A DNA stretch of 64,000 nt from the NCBI GenBank assembly GCA_017609605.1, contig JAFCDO010000001.1, positions 9,281-73,280 on the forward strand. The letters are read 5' to 3'. Made by a program: the position numbers and the translations under genes. This DNA comes from Candidatus Parvarchaeota archaeon. Lineage in GTDB: Archaea; Nanobdellota; Nanobdellia; JAAOXT01. Below the pieces are notes generated by a model. The model ran no database searches, was not told where the DNA came from, and saw nothing but the letters and a program-made list of their open reading frames with translations. This document shows, piece by piece, positions 1-8,868 of the stretch. Position 1 is the first letter of the stretch. Every line of letters begins with the position of its first letter.

Positions 1-296
1 GCGCAGGAGGGTATTACGCGTCAAGGTTGAGTGTTCTTGAATACCTTGAAAAAATCAGGAGGCAGGCAATGGTTCTCGTTATTCGAGAGGTCAGCGACGA
101 GTACTGGGTTCCGCTAGGGGTCTGGGTGGTCCGCGAGGCAGTTAAAAAAGCAATGAATAACCGCAGGACTTTCGAAACATGGGAACAAACCATGAATTAC
201 ACTCAACCCTTGTTAAGAATTAATTCTTCTGAAATCTGGAGTAAAAGCCACGTGTTAAAGGAGATGAAACAGAAAACAGTACTAGACTTTCTTTAA
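1..296 (+). CDS. 3' end of a gene truncated by the window edge; possibly an NreA-type (Nre C-terminal domain) protein
   Basis: The frame is open from base 3 (..AGGYYASRLSVLEYLEK..) with no upstream stop. Motif EYWVPLGVWVVREAV is present. Family assignment is from memory only. Confidence 0.35.
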   Translation, partial: AGGYYASRLSVLEYLEKIRRQAMVLVIREVSDEYWVPLGVWVVREAVKKAMNNRRTFETWEQTMNYTQPLLRINSSEIWSKSHVLKEMKQKTVLDFL

Positions 297-671
297 TCTC
301 TTCTTATAATCCTTTATAGCTGCTTTCAAACCCTCTTCAGCGAGCACGGAACAATGCATTTTAATTGAGGGAAGACCTCCTAACGCTTTTGCAACATCTT
401 TATTACTAACAAGTAAAGCTTCCTGCAGGATTTTTCCTTTAACCAAATCTGTTAGCACTGACGAAGAGGCTATGGCTGACACGCATCCAAAAGTTTTGAA
501 CTTGATATCCTTGATTATTTCTTCACCGTTTTTCTTCTCGACCTTGATGTATATCCACATCTCGTCACCGCAACGCGGGTTCCCGACCTTGCCCACTCCA
601 TCAGGATTCTTCAACTCGCCCATGTTGTGAGGTTTTGTGAAATGCTCTAACACTTTTTTTCCGTAATTCAT
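282..671 (-). CDS. iscU: IscU/NifU-type Fe-S cluster scaffold protein
   Basis: Three conserved Cys contexts are present: GNPRCGDEM, FKTFGCVSAIASSS and MHCSVLAEEGLK. It overlaps the upstream desulfurase gene by 4 nt. Confidence 0.85.
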   Translation of the reverse strand: MNYGKKVLEHFTKPHNMGELKNPDGVGKVGNPRCGDEMWIYIKVEKKNGEEIIKDIKFKTFGCVSAIASSSVLTDLVKGKILQEALLVSNKDVAKALGGLPSIKMHCSVLAEEGLKAAIKDYKKRLKKV

Positions 672-1822
672 TTCCAGCCCCTTTTGTAAGGACTCATCTT
701 CCTCAATTCCTTGACTTCTTTTTCAAGCTTGTCAAGAACGTACTCAACCTCTGCCAAAGTATTGTCTTTTCCAAAAGTGAATCGCAGGGAGCCATGAGCA
801 ATCTCATGAGGCAACCCTGTGCTGATCAAAACGTGGCTGGGCTCCAACGTGTTTGAAGCGCAGGCAGACGCCGTTGAAACCGCTATACCATAAGAATCCA
901 ATCTGAACAATAGTCCTTCACCTTCAATGTATTTGAAAGAATAATTAGCGTTGTTGGCTAAACGCTTATCCCCTCTTGGCCCGTTAAGCTTAACATCACC
1001 AATCCTTTTTTCCACGCCTTCCATGAAAAAGTTCCTAAGCTTCCTTACATGCTCTACTTCATGGTTAATTTGAACTGATTTGCCGAAGCCAACGATTCCT
1101 GGAACGTTCAAAGTCCCGGAGCGCTTGCCGTTCTCGTGACCCCCTCCGCTGAAGTAAGGGTCTATCTTAACCCCTTTTCTAATGTAAAGGGCTCCGACTC
1201 CTTTTGGACCGTAAATCTTATGGGAGTTAATGGTCATCAAGTCCACTCCCAAATCGTCAACATTAACAGGAACTTTAGTCAGGCTCTGGCAAGCATCTGA
1301 GTGGAGCAGGACTCCTTTTTCCCTGCAAACATTGGATATTTCCTTAAGGGATTGAATCGTTCCTATCTCGTTATTAGCGTGCATGACTGAAACCAAGAAT
1401 GTATCATCTTGAATCGCTTTTCTCAATTCCTCTGGGTTGACGAATCCTTCATCATCAACACTGAGATAAGTGACTTTGAATCCTTGTTTTTCAAGCCATT
1501 TTGCCGAGTTAAGAACGCAGTCGTGCTCGATTTTTGAAACAATCAAGTGCCCTTTCTTTTTTGCGAACGCGATTCCCTTTATTGCGAAATTGTTTGACTC
1601 TGTTCCGCCAGAAGTGAAAACTATTTCTTCAGGTTTTGCGCCTATGAACTTGGCTATCACTTCTCTGGAGTTTTCAACAGCTTCGCTGGCTTCTCTTCCT
1701 AATTTGTGAAGGCTTGCCGCGTTGCCAAATTTTTGTTTCAAGAAGGGAATCATGGCTTTCAAGACTTCTGGGTCCAGAGGTGTCGTGGCTCCATTATCAA
1801 AATACGCTTTCATTAATAACAA
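668..1822 (-). CDS. iscS: Cysteine desulfurase (NifS/IscS class, PLP-dependent)
   Basis: N-terminus YFDNGATTP, PLP-lysine motif SHKIYGPKGVGALY, active-site loop SASACAS and GGHE motif; 384 aa. Confidence 0.9.
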   Translation of the reverse strand: MLLMKAYFDNGATTPLDPEVLKAMIPFLKQKFGNAASLHKLGREASEAVENSREVIAKFIGAKPEEIVFTSGGTESNNFAIKGIAFAKKKGHLIVSKIEHDCVLNSAKWLEKQGFKVTYLSVDDEGFVNPEELRKAIQDDTFLVSVMHANNEIGTIQSLKEISNVCREKGVLLHSDACQSLTKVPVNVDDLGVDLMTINSHKIYGPKGVGALYIRKGVKIDPYFSGGGHENGKRSGTLNVPGIVGFGKSVQINHEVEHVRKLRNFFMEGVEKRIGDVKLNGPRGDKRLANNANYSFKYIEGEGLLFRLDSYGIAVSTASACASNTLEPSHVLISTGLPHEIAHGSLRFTFGKDNTLAEVEYVLDKLEKEVKELRKMSPYKRGWK

Positions 1823-2163
1823 ACTCCCTTATTGCATGGAACTCCAAGCTCTTTATGAACCTTACAAATGAATCTTGTTTTCTTGGACAGTTCGATTATT
1901 CTTTGGATTTCAAGAACAAGAAGTGAACGATCTTTAAGTATTCTTTCAGCGGATTTCTCGATTTCTCTGAGGATTTTTTCAGGGAACTTAACTTTGCTGG
2001 CTCGTTTGGATTTCGCGTATTGGGAGACAGCTGCCTGAGTCACGTTAAGAAGTTCGGAGGCTTCTTTGTTCGAAAGATTCATTTTTTTAGTCCATGTTTT
2101 TGCGAGCTCACGCCTGACCGCTGGGATAAGGTACCAGACGATAACTTCTTGAGGATGCAACAT
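1813..2163 (-). CDS. Small HTH transcriptional regulator with a C-terminal Cys/His cluster (COG2522-like)
   Basis: HTH segment LSNKEASELLNVTQAAVSQYAKSKR and C-terminal CKVHKELGVPCNKGVCY. It overlaps the start of iscS by 10 nt. Confidence 0.55.
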   Translation of the reverse strand: MLHPQEVIVWYLIPAVRRELAKTWTKKMNLSNKEASELLNVTQAAVSQYAKSKRASKVKFPEKILREIEKSAERILKDRSLLVLEIQRIIELSKKTRFICKVHKELGVPCNKGVCY

Positions 2164-2178
2164 TATTCTTAACTATTG

Positions 2179-2715
2179 TTAAGAATGTTTTTTATAGTTT
2201 TTGGTTTTCAACACGCTTACAATCAAAGTGGCTCCTATTGAGAAAGCGAACAGGCTTGTGAAGAACGGTTCGTTGAACAAAATAGGTCTTGTTCCCATAA
2301 AATAATCGAGGTAGTCGTTGAAAAGAAACCATGGAATAGAAATTATCCAACTTACTTTCGCGTTTTTTAAAAAGTACAGTCCTTCAAGCATCATGAAAGC
2401 GTGTCCAAAAAATCCTGCAAGACCTGGAAGCAGAAAAAGGGATTCTGGGTATAAGAAATAATAAAATATTGACCAGCCAGCGTATTTTATTAAACCTATG
2501 CTAACCAATCCTTTGAACCATTCAGGAGTTTTTATCACAAGAATTACGATAAAAAAAAGAACGTACAGTGGGCAGTCGGGCAGGAAAAACCACGCGTAAA
2601 AAGGGACTTGCGAAAAAGAAGGTAAGTAATAGTAAAACCCTGATACGACGCCTATAAGGTTGATAAGGATTAGTGCTGCTTTAAAAATAGTTTTTTCTTT
2701 TTTGGTATTCTTCAT
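2179..2715 (-). CDS. Multi-pass membrane protein (possibly DUF1405-like)
   Basis: About 5 hydrophobic helices and an aromatic-rich sequence. No catalytic motif was recognised. Confidence 0.45.
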   Translation of the reverse strand: MKNTKKEKTIFKAALILINLIGVVSGFYYYLPSFSQVPFYAWFFLPDCPLYVLFFIVILVIKTPEWFKGLVSIGLIKYAGWSIFYYFLYPESLFLLPGLAGFFGHAFMMLEGLYFLKNAKVSWIISIPWFLFNDYLDYFMGTRPILFNEPFFTSLFAFSIGATLIVSVLKTKNYKKHS

Positions 2716-3067
2716 GAATTTTGTTCACTGCCAAACTGGTTACGCATCCTTTATGCGGGCGGAGTCCTCCTCCAAAGCATTTTGGGACGTGCATGAGTTC
2801 ATGGATGACAAGTTTTTCCCTGTCTTCTTGTGATAGCTTGTCCCATCTGCGACCAATGACTTCTATCACGTACGCAGGAGGCTGTCCGAAAGCTGTTTGG
2901 AATATTTTGCTCATGGCCCAGCACCTGGCAAGGATTCTTCGGGATTTGCTTCCAGTGCTTCGCACGCCGACAACCCTGCCTTCCCTAACGTGCTTTAAGT
3001 TAAGGGTTTTAACGATTTGATTAATCAATGATTGGACTTCCCAGTTTTTTTCGTATTTGATTGGCAT
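2681..3067 (-). CDS. Predicted small Zn-metallopeptidase (COG4900-like)
   Basis: HExxH motif in VIHELMHVPKCFGGG; 128 aa; basic N-terminal half. Confidence 0.5.
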   Translation of the reverse strand: MPIKYEKNWEVQSLINQIVKTLNLKHVREGRVVGVRSTGSKSRRILARCWAMSKIFQTAFGQPPAYVIEVIGRRWDKLSQEDREKLVIHELMHVPKCFGGGLRPHKGCVTSLAVNKIHEEYQKRKNYF

Positions 3068-3149
3068 GATGGAAGAAAGATGTTTTCAATCATTTATTAT
3101 TTTTGCTCAAATAAATTTTCAACGTATCTTGCTAAATCTATTAGCTGAT

Positions 3150-3584
3150 TTACCAATCCCCAACGCCAAGTATAACAAATATTTTTTGATAATTGTTCAA
3201 TGATTTTGTGCTCTGTTTCTTGCATGTATTTTTTAAAAAAAATTTTTGAAGCTCTTCGTGCTCATGAAGTAATATGTGAAAAACTTCGTGGTCTATAACA
3301 TGAACCAAGTTATTTAGGTAAAGGTCATTGGTAAATGGAACAGTTATGTATGCTTCCATTTTTTTAAGTAAATCTTCTCTACTCTCAATTTCTGGGTACC
3401 GTTCAATCAAGAGCTCTCTTACATTTTGGGCTTCTTCTTCCATGAAGTCAATACTTTTTTCATGGATTAAGGGCATGCAGAAATTCACTTTCCTCCACCA
3501 AGGACTTGCAAAAGCCGCGGAGTCATCGCGTTTTCCTTTTAGAGCGTAATATTCTTCTTTGTTAATCACGAACTCGAAATCCAT
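3150..3584 (-). CDS. Hypothetical protein with an HExxH-like motif; paralogue of 3637-4257
   Basis: Segments VIDHEVFHILLHEHEELQKFF and FCMPLIHE align with the neighbouring ORF. Confidence 0.5.
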   Translation of the reverse strand: MDFEFVINKEEYYALKGKRDDSAAFASPWWRKVNFCMPLIHEKSIDFMEEEAQNVRELLIERYPEIESREDLLKKMEAYITVPFTNDLYLNNLVHVIDHEVFHILLHEHEELQKFFLKNTCKKQSTKSLNNYQKIFVILGVGDW

Positions 3585-3636
3585 TTCTTAAAAAGAAAAG
3601 ATATATGGCTTAAACGGATTCCGAAAAAAAAAATTA

Positions 3637-4257
3637 TTAAAACATTTTTTCCAACTTTTTTTCTAGACTGCAACGAGTTAATAAAAATCTGGTTTTATGA
3701 AAGGTCTCGTCAACACTTTTCTTTTCCCAAGGATTATTATCTGTATCGAAAGCGTAAAGGTCTCCTGAAAGCATCAAACGTATCATCAAGTGCTGTGATT
3801 TTGCGAATTCAGATTCACCAAAAGCTTGTTCAGGCTCAACTTCCTTACTGAAATTTTTAAACTCTTCCTCGGAATAATCGAAAAGTACGTGAAGAGACTC
3901 GTGATTTATAGTCTTATTAATTTCGGATAGTAACAAATCTAAAAAGGGTGAATCTAATAGCGCTTCTAAAAATATTTTTGGAAAATCAGAAAGGTCATTG
4001 TACTGTTGAAAATAATGTTCGTAAAGGGAATGTACATTAACATCACTGTTCAAACAATCATAAATCAAAGGTAGATTAACCGCGCATTTTTTATAAAATC
4101 TTATGGTGACCCCACACGAATCCAAAGCGTGTTTTAAACCATCCTCTTTGTAATATTGTAAAAACCTTTTTTTTGTTTCTTCATCAATTTCATCATAGTC
4201 AAAGCCATCAAAGAATAACTCGTATCTCTCCCTCGTCGCCATTAAATCGATATCCAT
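3637..4257 (-). CDS. Hypothetical protein with an HExxH-like motif; paralogue of 3150-3584
   Basis: Segments TINHESLHVLFDYSEEEFKNF and VNLPLIYD align with the neighbouring ORF. Confidence 0.5.
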   Translation of the reverse strand: MDIDLMATRERYELFFDGFDYDEIDEETKKRFLQYYKEDGLKHALDSCGVTIRFYKKCAVNLPLIYDCLNSDVNVHSLYEHYFQQYNDLSDFPKIFLEALLDSPFLDLLLSEINKTINHESLHVLFDYSEEEFKNFSKEVEPEQAFGESEFAKSQHLMIRLMLSGDLYAFDTDNNPWEKKSVDETFHKTRFLLTRCSLEKKLEKMF

Positions 4258-4300
4258 CCTTAAGAAAAACTAAAAATAATTTTTTAAGCGTTTCGAAAAT

Positions 4301-5341
4301 TCACGTGTGCAGTTGCAAAGTGTCCCCATCCATTAACTCATGGTTCAACCCCACTCGTTGCCCCGGGAAGTCCGCGCTATCACCCCACACCCTGGCAAAC
4401 TTGAACCCCTCTATAAAGTCTTTATGAATTTTTTTGGCCATGTCCTTAACAGTCGCTCCTTTTGGCATGGCAACTGGCTGCACAGTCCTTTTCTTTCTTG
4501 GCTCTTTAGTGTAAACCTTAATCAATTCTAACGCCTCCCAAATCTTTTGACCAGCGTTCTCGAGGTCATGCAACACCAGCATTTTTTTGTAGGAATAATT
4601 ATCCAGCACTCTCTGAAACTCTTCAAGAGTTATTGGGCCGAAAACCTCGATGATAGCAGAGTTATATTTCTTTTTTTGAAGAACTTTTTTGTAACGCCGC
4701 AAATCTCCTTTAAGGTATTGTTCGCCGATGAACTCGAAACCTCCTGTGCCTTTCTTGGTTATCTTGATTTCTGGTTCTTCTTTATTAAACAATATTTTGT
4801 TCTTGCTGAATTCTTCTTCTATTAACTTAACTTCTTCTTCCAAATTTTCTTTAATCGTCATGACCACTAAATCAGTGGTTCTAACAAGGTTCATAAGATA
4901 AGGCCCGTCTTTGCGCAGAATGAGGTTTGGGGTTATGCTTGGAAAATCCAGGAATTGAATTTTAATTCCTTGATGGTCATACATCCCTATCTCCGGTTTT
5001 TGGGTTTCGAAAGGGATTGGCGTGGAATTCACTTTCTTGTTCGTTATCAAGTTCAACAGGTAGGATTTTCCGCTGTTCTCTACTCCAAGCAAGCAAGCTT
5101 GAGCAGCGCCTTCTTTGCTAATGCCTTTCTGACTTGCTTTTTTTACAGAACTTCTTTTCTCAATCTCTTCTTTTAACTTAGAAATCTTTCTACGCAAGTT
5201 ACCAACCAGTTTTTCGGTTCCTTTATGCTTAGGCGTGAGGGATATGGCTTCCTCGATGGCTTTAATCTTGTCTTCTGGTTTTTTGGACTCGCTTGCCTTG
5301 TCCAAGGATTTCATGGCTTCGGGTGGAAGGTTTGCAGGCAT
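4301..5341 (-). CDS. DRG/Obg-family GTP-binding protein with a C-terminal TGS domain; G3 and G4 motifs are divergent
   Basis: P-loop GVENSGKS. The TGS-like C-terminus reads GATVKDMAKKIHKDFIEGFKFARVWG...GQRVGLNHELMDGDTLQL. DFPS replaces DxPG. Confidence 0.7.
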   Translation of the reverse strand: MPANLPPEAMKSLDKASESKKPEDKIKAIEEAISLTPKHKGTEKLVGNLRRKISKLKEEIEKRSSVKKASQKGISKEGAAQACLLGVENSGKSYLLNLITNKKVNSTPIPFETQKPEIGMYDHQGIKIQFLDFPSITPNLILRKDGPYLMNLVRTTDLVVMTIKENLEEEVKLIEEEFSKNKILFNKEEPEIKITKKGTGGFEFIGEQYLKGDLRRYKKVLQKKKYNSAIIEVFGPITLEEFQRVLDNYSYKKMLVLHDLENAGQKIWEALELIKVYTKEPRKKRTVQPVAMPKGATVKDMAKKIHKDFIEGFKFARVWGDSADFPGQRVGLNHELMDGDTLQLHT

Positions 5342-5436
5342 TTAGGTTAAAGAGAATGGTTGAAAGGTTTTTTAATGCTTTTTGTTCAACCGTTTTTCGG
5401 AACTTTTTTAAGATAAGTCTTTTCCATTCCATATTC

Positions 5437-6234
5437 ATGCAAAGACTTGTTCAAGATTTTAAACCAGACTCCATTGGAAGCAAGGATTTAGGGTTCCTGC
5501 TCTCAGACCTTGACTCTGAAATAAGTAAAAAAGATTTGGACAAACTCGTTCCCTTGCTGAATTATTCTGATTTAACGATTAAGGATTTGGACTTATTGTC
5601 TTCCAGGATGAATTCTGATTCGTTGATTAATCATTCATTATTAATTAAAGGTAATCAAAAAATGGGGGATAAGGTTCTTTTATACAACCTTCCGAGCAAG
5701 CTCACCTGCACTCCCACAAAATGGTGTCTTGAAGGAAGAAGTGGAAAACCCGCCTGCTACGCTCTAAGAAACAATTTCCTTCTATTAAGCGCTAAGAAAG
5801 GAGCGATAATCAGGTACGCTGTTTCTAAAAGAAAAGATTTCGCGGACATAATAATCCCAAAAATTTTACGAAAAAAACAAGTGTACTTCAGATGGCATGC
5901 GAGCGGAGATTTTTACAGCAAGAAGTACATCAAAAAAGTTAAGAATATTGCTGAAGAATGCGGCAACATTCTTTTCAGAACCACGACTCACAGAAGAGAT
6001 TTCACCAGAGAATTGCAAGAGTTAAACGGTCTTGACAACTTTGTTGTCAAGGAAAGTCTTGAACAGTCAAGGTCTTTGCCAGAAATGGGCTTGCCCTTTG
6101 TGGGCTTGGAAAATCTTGAAATCACTAGACAAGGATTATCTGACGGAAGCGTTCACATGTGCCCAGAGTTCTGCGACGCTTGCGGTTACCATTGCTGGCG
6201 CAGCGACAAGAGCACCGCTGTCCAAGAGTTATAA
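5437..6234 (+). CDS. Cys-rich hypothetical protein (possibly phage GP88-like)
   Basis: Motifs LPSKLTCTPTKWCLEGRSGKPACYALRNNF, FRWHASGDFYS and CPEFCDACGYHCW. The track start at 5293 overlaps the DRG gene, so ATG 5437 (or 5356) is more plausible. Confidence 0.5.
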   Translation: MQRLVQDFKPDSIGSKDLGFLLSDLDSEISKKDLDKLVPLLNYSDLTIKDLDLLSSRMNSDSLINHSLLIKGNQKMGDKVLLYNLPSKLTCTPTKWCLEGRSGKPACYALRNNFLLLSAKKGAIIRYAVSKRKDFADIIIPKILRKKQVYFRWHASGDFYSKKYIKKVKNIAEECGNILFRTTTHRRDFTRELQELNGLDNFVVKESLEQSRSLPEMGLPFVGLENLEITRQGLSDGSVHMCPEFCDACGYHCWRSDKSTAVQEL

Positions 6235-6278
6235 GGGGTTAACTTTAAAACGTGGTTTTTCCAAAAGAATAAGTGATA

Positions 6279-6851
6279 ATGGCTAATGACAGTTTCGTGC
6301 TCGTAGACCCTTTACCTCCCGCCCTTCAATTGTTATCGCTTAAACTCGTTAAAGCTTTCGGGGTTGGTGTAATGGGTGTTATCATTGCTAAACTTGTTGA
6401 GAAAGGTTTCCGCGCGTTCTTGGAAACCAAAGAAATCAAAGACTTCATATCCGGCACGGGTTACTCTGAAGCATTCATAGGCATCATTTCCAGCGGAGCC
6501 AAATATCTTATATATCTCATCACCGCCATCCTCGTCCTGAACGAGCTGGGTTTCAGCACACTGTTCATAGAGTTCCTTTTAATGATTATCATCATAATAG
6601 CTGTCCTCGTGATAATGCTGAGTATGCGCGACTTCGTGCCCAACGCGGCGGCAGGGCTTTACTTGGCAAGAACTGGAATGCTAAAAGTTGGGGACAACAT
6701 CAAGATTGACAATATTGGCGGAACCATTCACAAAGTTGACCTGCTGAACCTCGTCATCAAAACCAAAAGCGGAAGGAAGATAATAGTTCCAAACTCTTTG
6801 CTAAACAAGAAAATAATTGTTACAAAAAAGAAGTGGAAACTGTTCAAGTAG
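6279..6851 (+). CDS. Short MscS-family mechanosensitive channel-like protein
   Basis: TM helices are followed by the MscS beta-domain signature VGDNIKIDNIGGTIHKVDLLNLVIKTKSGRKIIVPNSLL. It lacks the usual C-terminal domain. An alternative GTG start lies at 6273. Confidence 0.6.
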   Translation: MANDSFVLVDPLPPALQLLSLKLVKAFGVGVMGVIIAKLVEKGFRAFLETKEIKDFISGTGYSEAFIGIISSGAKYLIYLITAILVLNELGFSTLFIEFLLMIIIIIAVLVIMLSMRDFVPNAAAGLYLARTGMLKVGDNIKIDNIGGTIHKVDLLNLVIKTKSGRKIIVPNSLLNKKIIVTKKKWKLFK

Positions 6852-6922
6852 AACACATTTATTAAGAATTAAAAATCTAATTTAAAAATAAAAAAAAAAT
6901 TTGAGGAGGAACCATAACTAAA

Positions 6923-7153
6923 ATGATAAAGGCTTATTGTATGATATCTGTTAAACCAGGACAAGAAGACGCTGTGGTGACAAGATTAAAAAAAGACGGG
7001 CGGGTCAAGAGCGCTGACGTTGTTTACGGAGAATACGACGTTGTCACCAAAATCAATGCTAAGGACATGAAAGACTTGCAAAACTTTCTGACTGGAAAGA
7101 TAAGAAAAATCAAGAGCATTGAAAAAACGTCAACAATGATATCAATGAAATAA
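6923..7153 (+). CDS. Stand-alone Lrp/AsnC-type ligand-binding (RAM) domain protein
   Basis: 76 aa with the MIKAYCMISVKPGQEDAV...GEYDVVTKINAKDMKDLQNF pattern. A GGAGG sequence lies about 13 nt upstream. Confidence 0.65.
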   Translation: MIKAYCMISVKPGQEDAVVTRLKKDGRVKSADVVYGEYDVVTKINAKDMKDLQNFLTGKIRKIKSIEKTSTMISMK

Positions 7154-7161
7154 AAAAAAAG

Positions 7162-7737
7162 ATGATAGAAACGATTATCGCAAAACTAATTGGGTTAATG
7201 GACATTCTAGGACCTTTTGGCTTATTCCTAATAATGATTATACAAGCCATAATAGCTCCAATACCTTCAGAACTAATGCTGATGTTTGGAGGGGCCGCGT
7301 TCGGCTTCGTGGTCGCAGGCATTGCAGGAGGAATCGGACAAATCTTTGGAGGAGCAGTTAGTTTCTACATATCCAAAAAGTTCGGGAGAAGGTTTGTCCA
7401 GAAAATAGTGGGTGAGCGCGCGCTAGGATTCGCTGACAAATGGTTCAAGAAATGGGGTGGATGGGCGATAATCCTTGGCAGGTTCGCGCCATTCATACCT
7501 TTTGACGCGGTGTCGTACGGCGCAGGACTCACTAAAATAAGTTTCACCACGTTCATAGTCGCGACAACCATAGGCTCTTTCCCAAGAGCGTTCTTTTACG
7601 CTTACCTAGGTCAAGCAGTCACTGAAAGCATGCGCGCCGGGTTCGAAACCCAATTCTTAATGCTATCCATAATAATCTGCGTTCTACTCTTAATGTACGC
7701 GCTGAGCAAAAAATTCAAGGAAAAATACGCTAAATGA
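7162..7737 (+). CDS. DedA/SNARE-associated (TVP38/TMEM64) family membrane protein
   Basis: Motifs PIPSELMLMFGG and GRFAPFIPFDAVSYGAGLTKISF. Confidence 0.8.
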   Translation: MIETIIAKLIGLMDILGPFGLFLIMIIQAIIAPIPSELMLMFGGAAFGFVVAGIAGGIGQIFGGAVSFYISKKFGRRFVQKIVGERALGFADKWFKKWGGWAIILGRFAPFIPFDAVSYGAGLTKISFTTFIVATTIGSFPRAFFYAYLGQAVTESMRAGFETQFLMLSIIICVLLLMYALSKKFKEKYAK

Positions 7738-8267
7738 ACTTTGACCTGCTGATAACCCAACTAATCAACAGTTACGCGAACCCCTTCCTAGACAATCTTT
7801 CAAGATTCTTCGGCACGGATAACATCTTATTCCTACTCATACTTCTTTTCATCGCTATTTACGTGTTCGCTAAAAAAAAATTCTTTTTAACCACCACGAT
7901 AACTGTCTCGCTGACCATCGTGCTCAACTCGTTTTTAAAACTCGTTTTTAACCGTCCAAGACCAGATTTTACCCGCAAATTATTTCTTGAAAACACCCTA
8001 TCCTTTCCAAGCACTCACGCGGCAGCAAGCTTTTCAATAGCTGTAATCCTATCTCATTATTACCCAAAACAAAAATATTTGTTTTACCTCTTAGCAACAC
8101 TGGTTTCTTTCACAAGAGTTTACTCTGGCGTGCACTACGTGTCCGACGTGATAGCTGGTGCGGGCTTGGGCGTACTGGTCTCAGTTTTCATAATCAAACA
8201 TGAGAAGGAGGTGTTCAAATGCGAAAGTCTCTTAAAAAAGAAGTTAAGCGGCAAACATTCCACATGA
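7734..8267 (+). CDS. PAP2-family polyprenyl-diphosphate/lipid phosphatase
   Basis: The three PAP2 motifs are present: NRPRP, PSTH and TRVYSGVHYVSDV. There is a 4-nt overlap with the DedA gene. Confidence 0.8.
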   Translation: MNFDLLITQLINSYANPFLDNLSRFFGTDNILFLLILLFIAIYVFAKKKFFLTTTITVSLTIVLNSFLKLVFNRPRPDFTRKLFLENTLSFPSTHAAASFSIAVILSHYYPKQKYLFYLLATLVSFTRVYSGVHYVSDVIAGAGLGVLVSVFIIKHEKEVFKCESLLKKKLSGKHST

Positions 8268-8770
8268 CTTTAGGCGTAATACTCGCCAGCCTCATACTTG
8301 TTTTGGGTTACGCTTACTCTGTGTACGCTTTCGCTATTGTCATGGGGTTAGGACTAGTCGCCATGGCAAAATCCGATAAAGGCGTGCTGGAAAAATTCTT
8401 AAAAATTTTTGGACGCGAGCACGAGACCAGCGGTCAAGGAGCTTTTTACTTTTTCGCGGGCGCGTTCATAACATTATTCCTGTTCTCAGAAAAAGCTGTT
8501 CCCGCACTGCTCGTCCTAGCCTTCAGCGACTCCGCGTCAACAATATTTGGAAAACTATTGCCGAAAAAAATTGTTTTTGGAGAAAAAACTTTGGCTGGAA
8601 GCACAGCGTTCTTCTTGACAGCGCTAATCATCCTATCATTCTTCACATCTCCTTTGCTCGCAGTGTTTATCGCGTTGACCGCAACTTTGGTCGAACTCTT
8701 CGGGTTCGGAATCGACGACAACGTCACCATACCTTTCACGGTGGGCTTCCTGCTCTTCATACTAGTCTAA
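8219..8770 (+). CDS. Dolichol/polyprenol kinase-like (CTP-dependent, cytidylyltransferase-fold) membrane protein
   Basis: Motifs AFSDSASTIFGK and KTLAGSTAFF in a multi-TM protein. The alternative ATG at 8264 would give an ATGA overlap with the PAP2 stop. Confidence 0.6.
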   Translation: MRKSLKKEVKRQTFHMTLGVILASLILVLGYAYSVYAFAIVMGLGLVAMAKSDKGVLEKFLKIFGREHETSGQGAFYFFAGAFITLFLFSEKAVPALLVLAFSDSASTIFGKLLPKKIVFGEKTLAGSTAFFLTALIILSFFTSPLLAVFIALTATLVELFGFGIDDNVTIPFTVGFLLFILV

Positions 8771-8868
8771 ACAATCCAGCTTTGCACAAAAAGCAACTCA
8801 AAAGCCCTTAAAAAAAATCCAAAATTTAAATAAGGTCTAAAAACGTAATCTTTATTCCCCTCCTTAAA

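Noticed and set aside
5293-5436. The track start at 5293 for the Cys-rich protein. The same applies to the long 5' extensions at 13414, 29359, 49589, 61211 and 61283(-).
   Set aside because: These extensions overlap upstream genes or run through promoter-like A/T boxes. Internal ATGs give N-termini that match the paralogues, lipoboxes or signal peptides.
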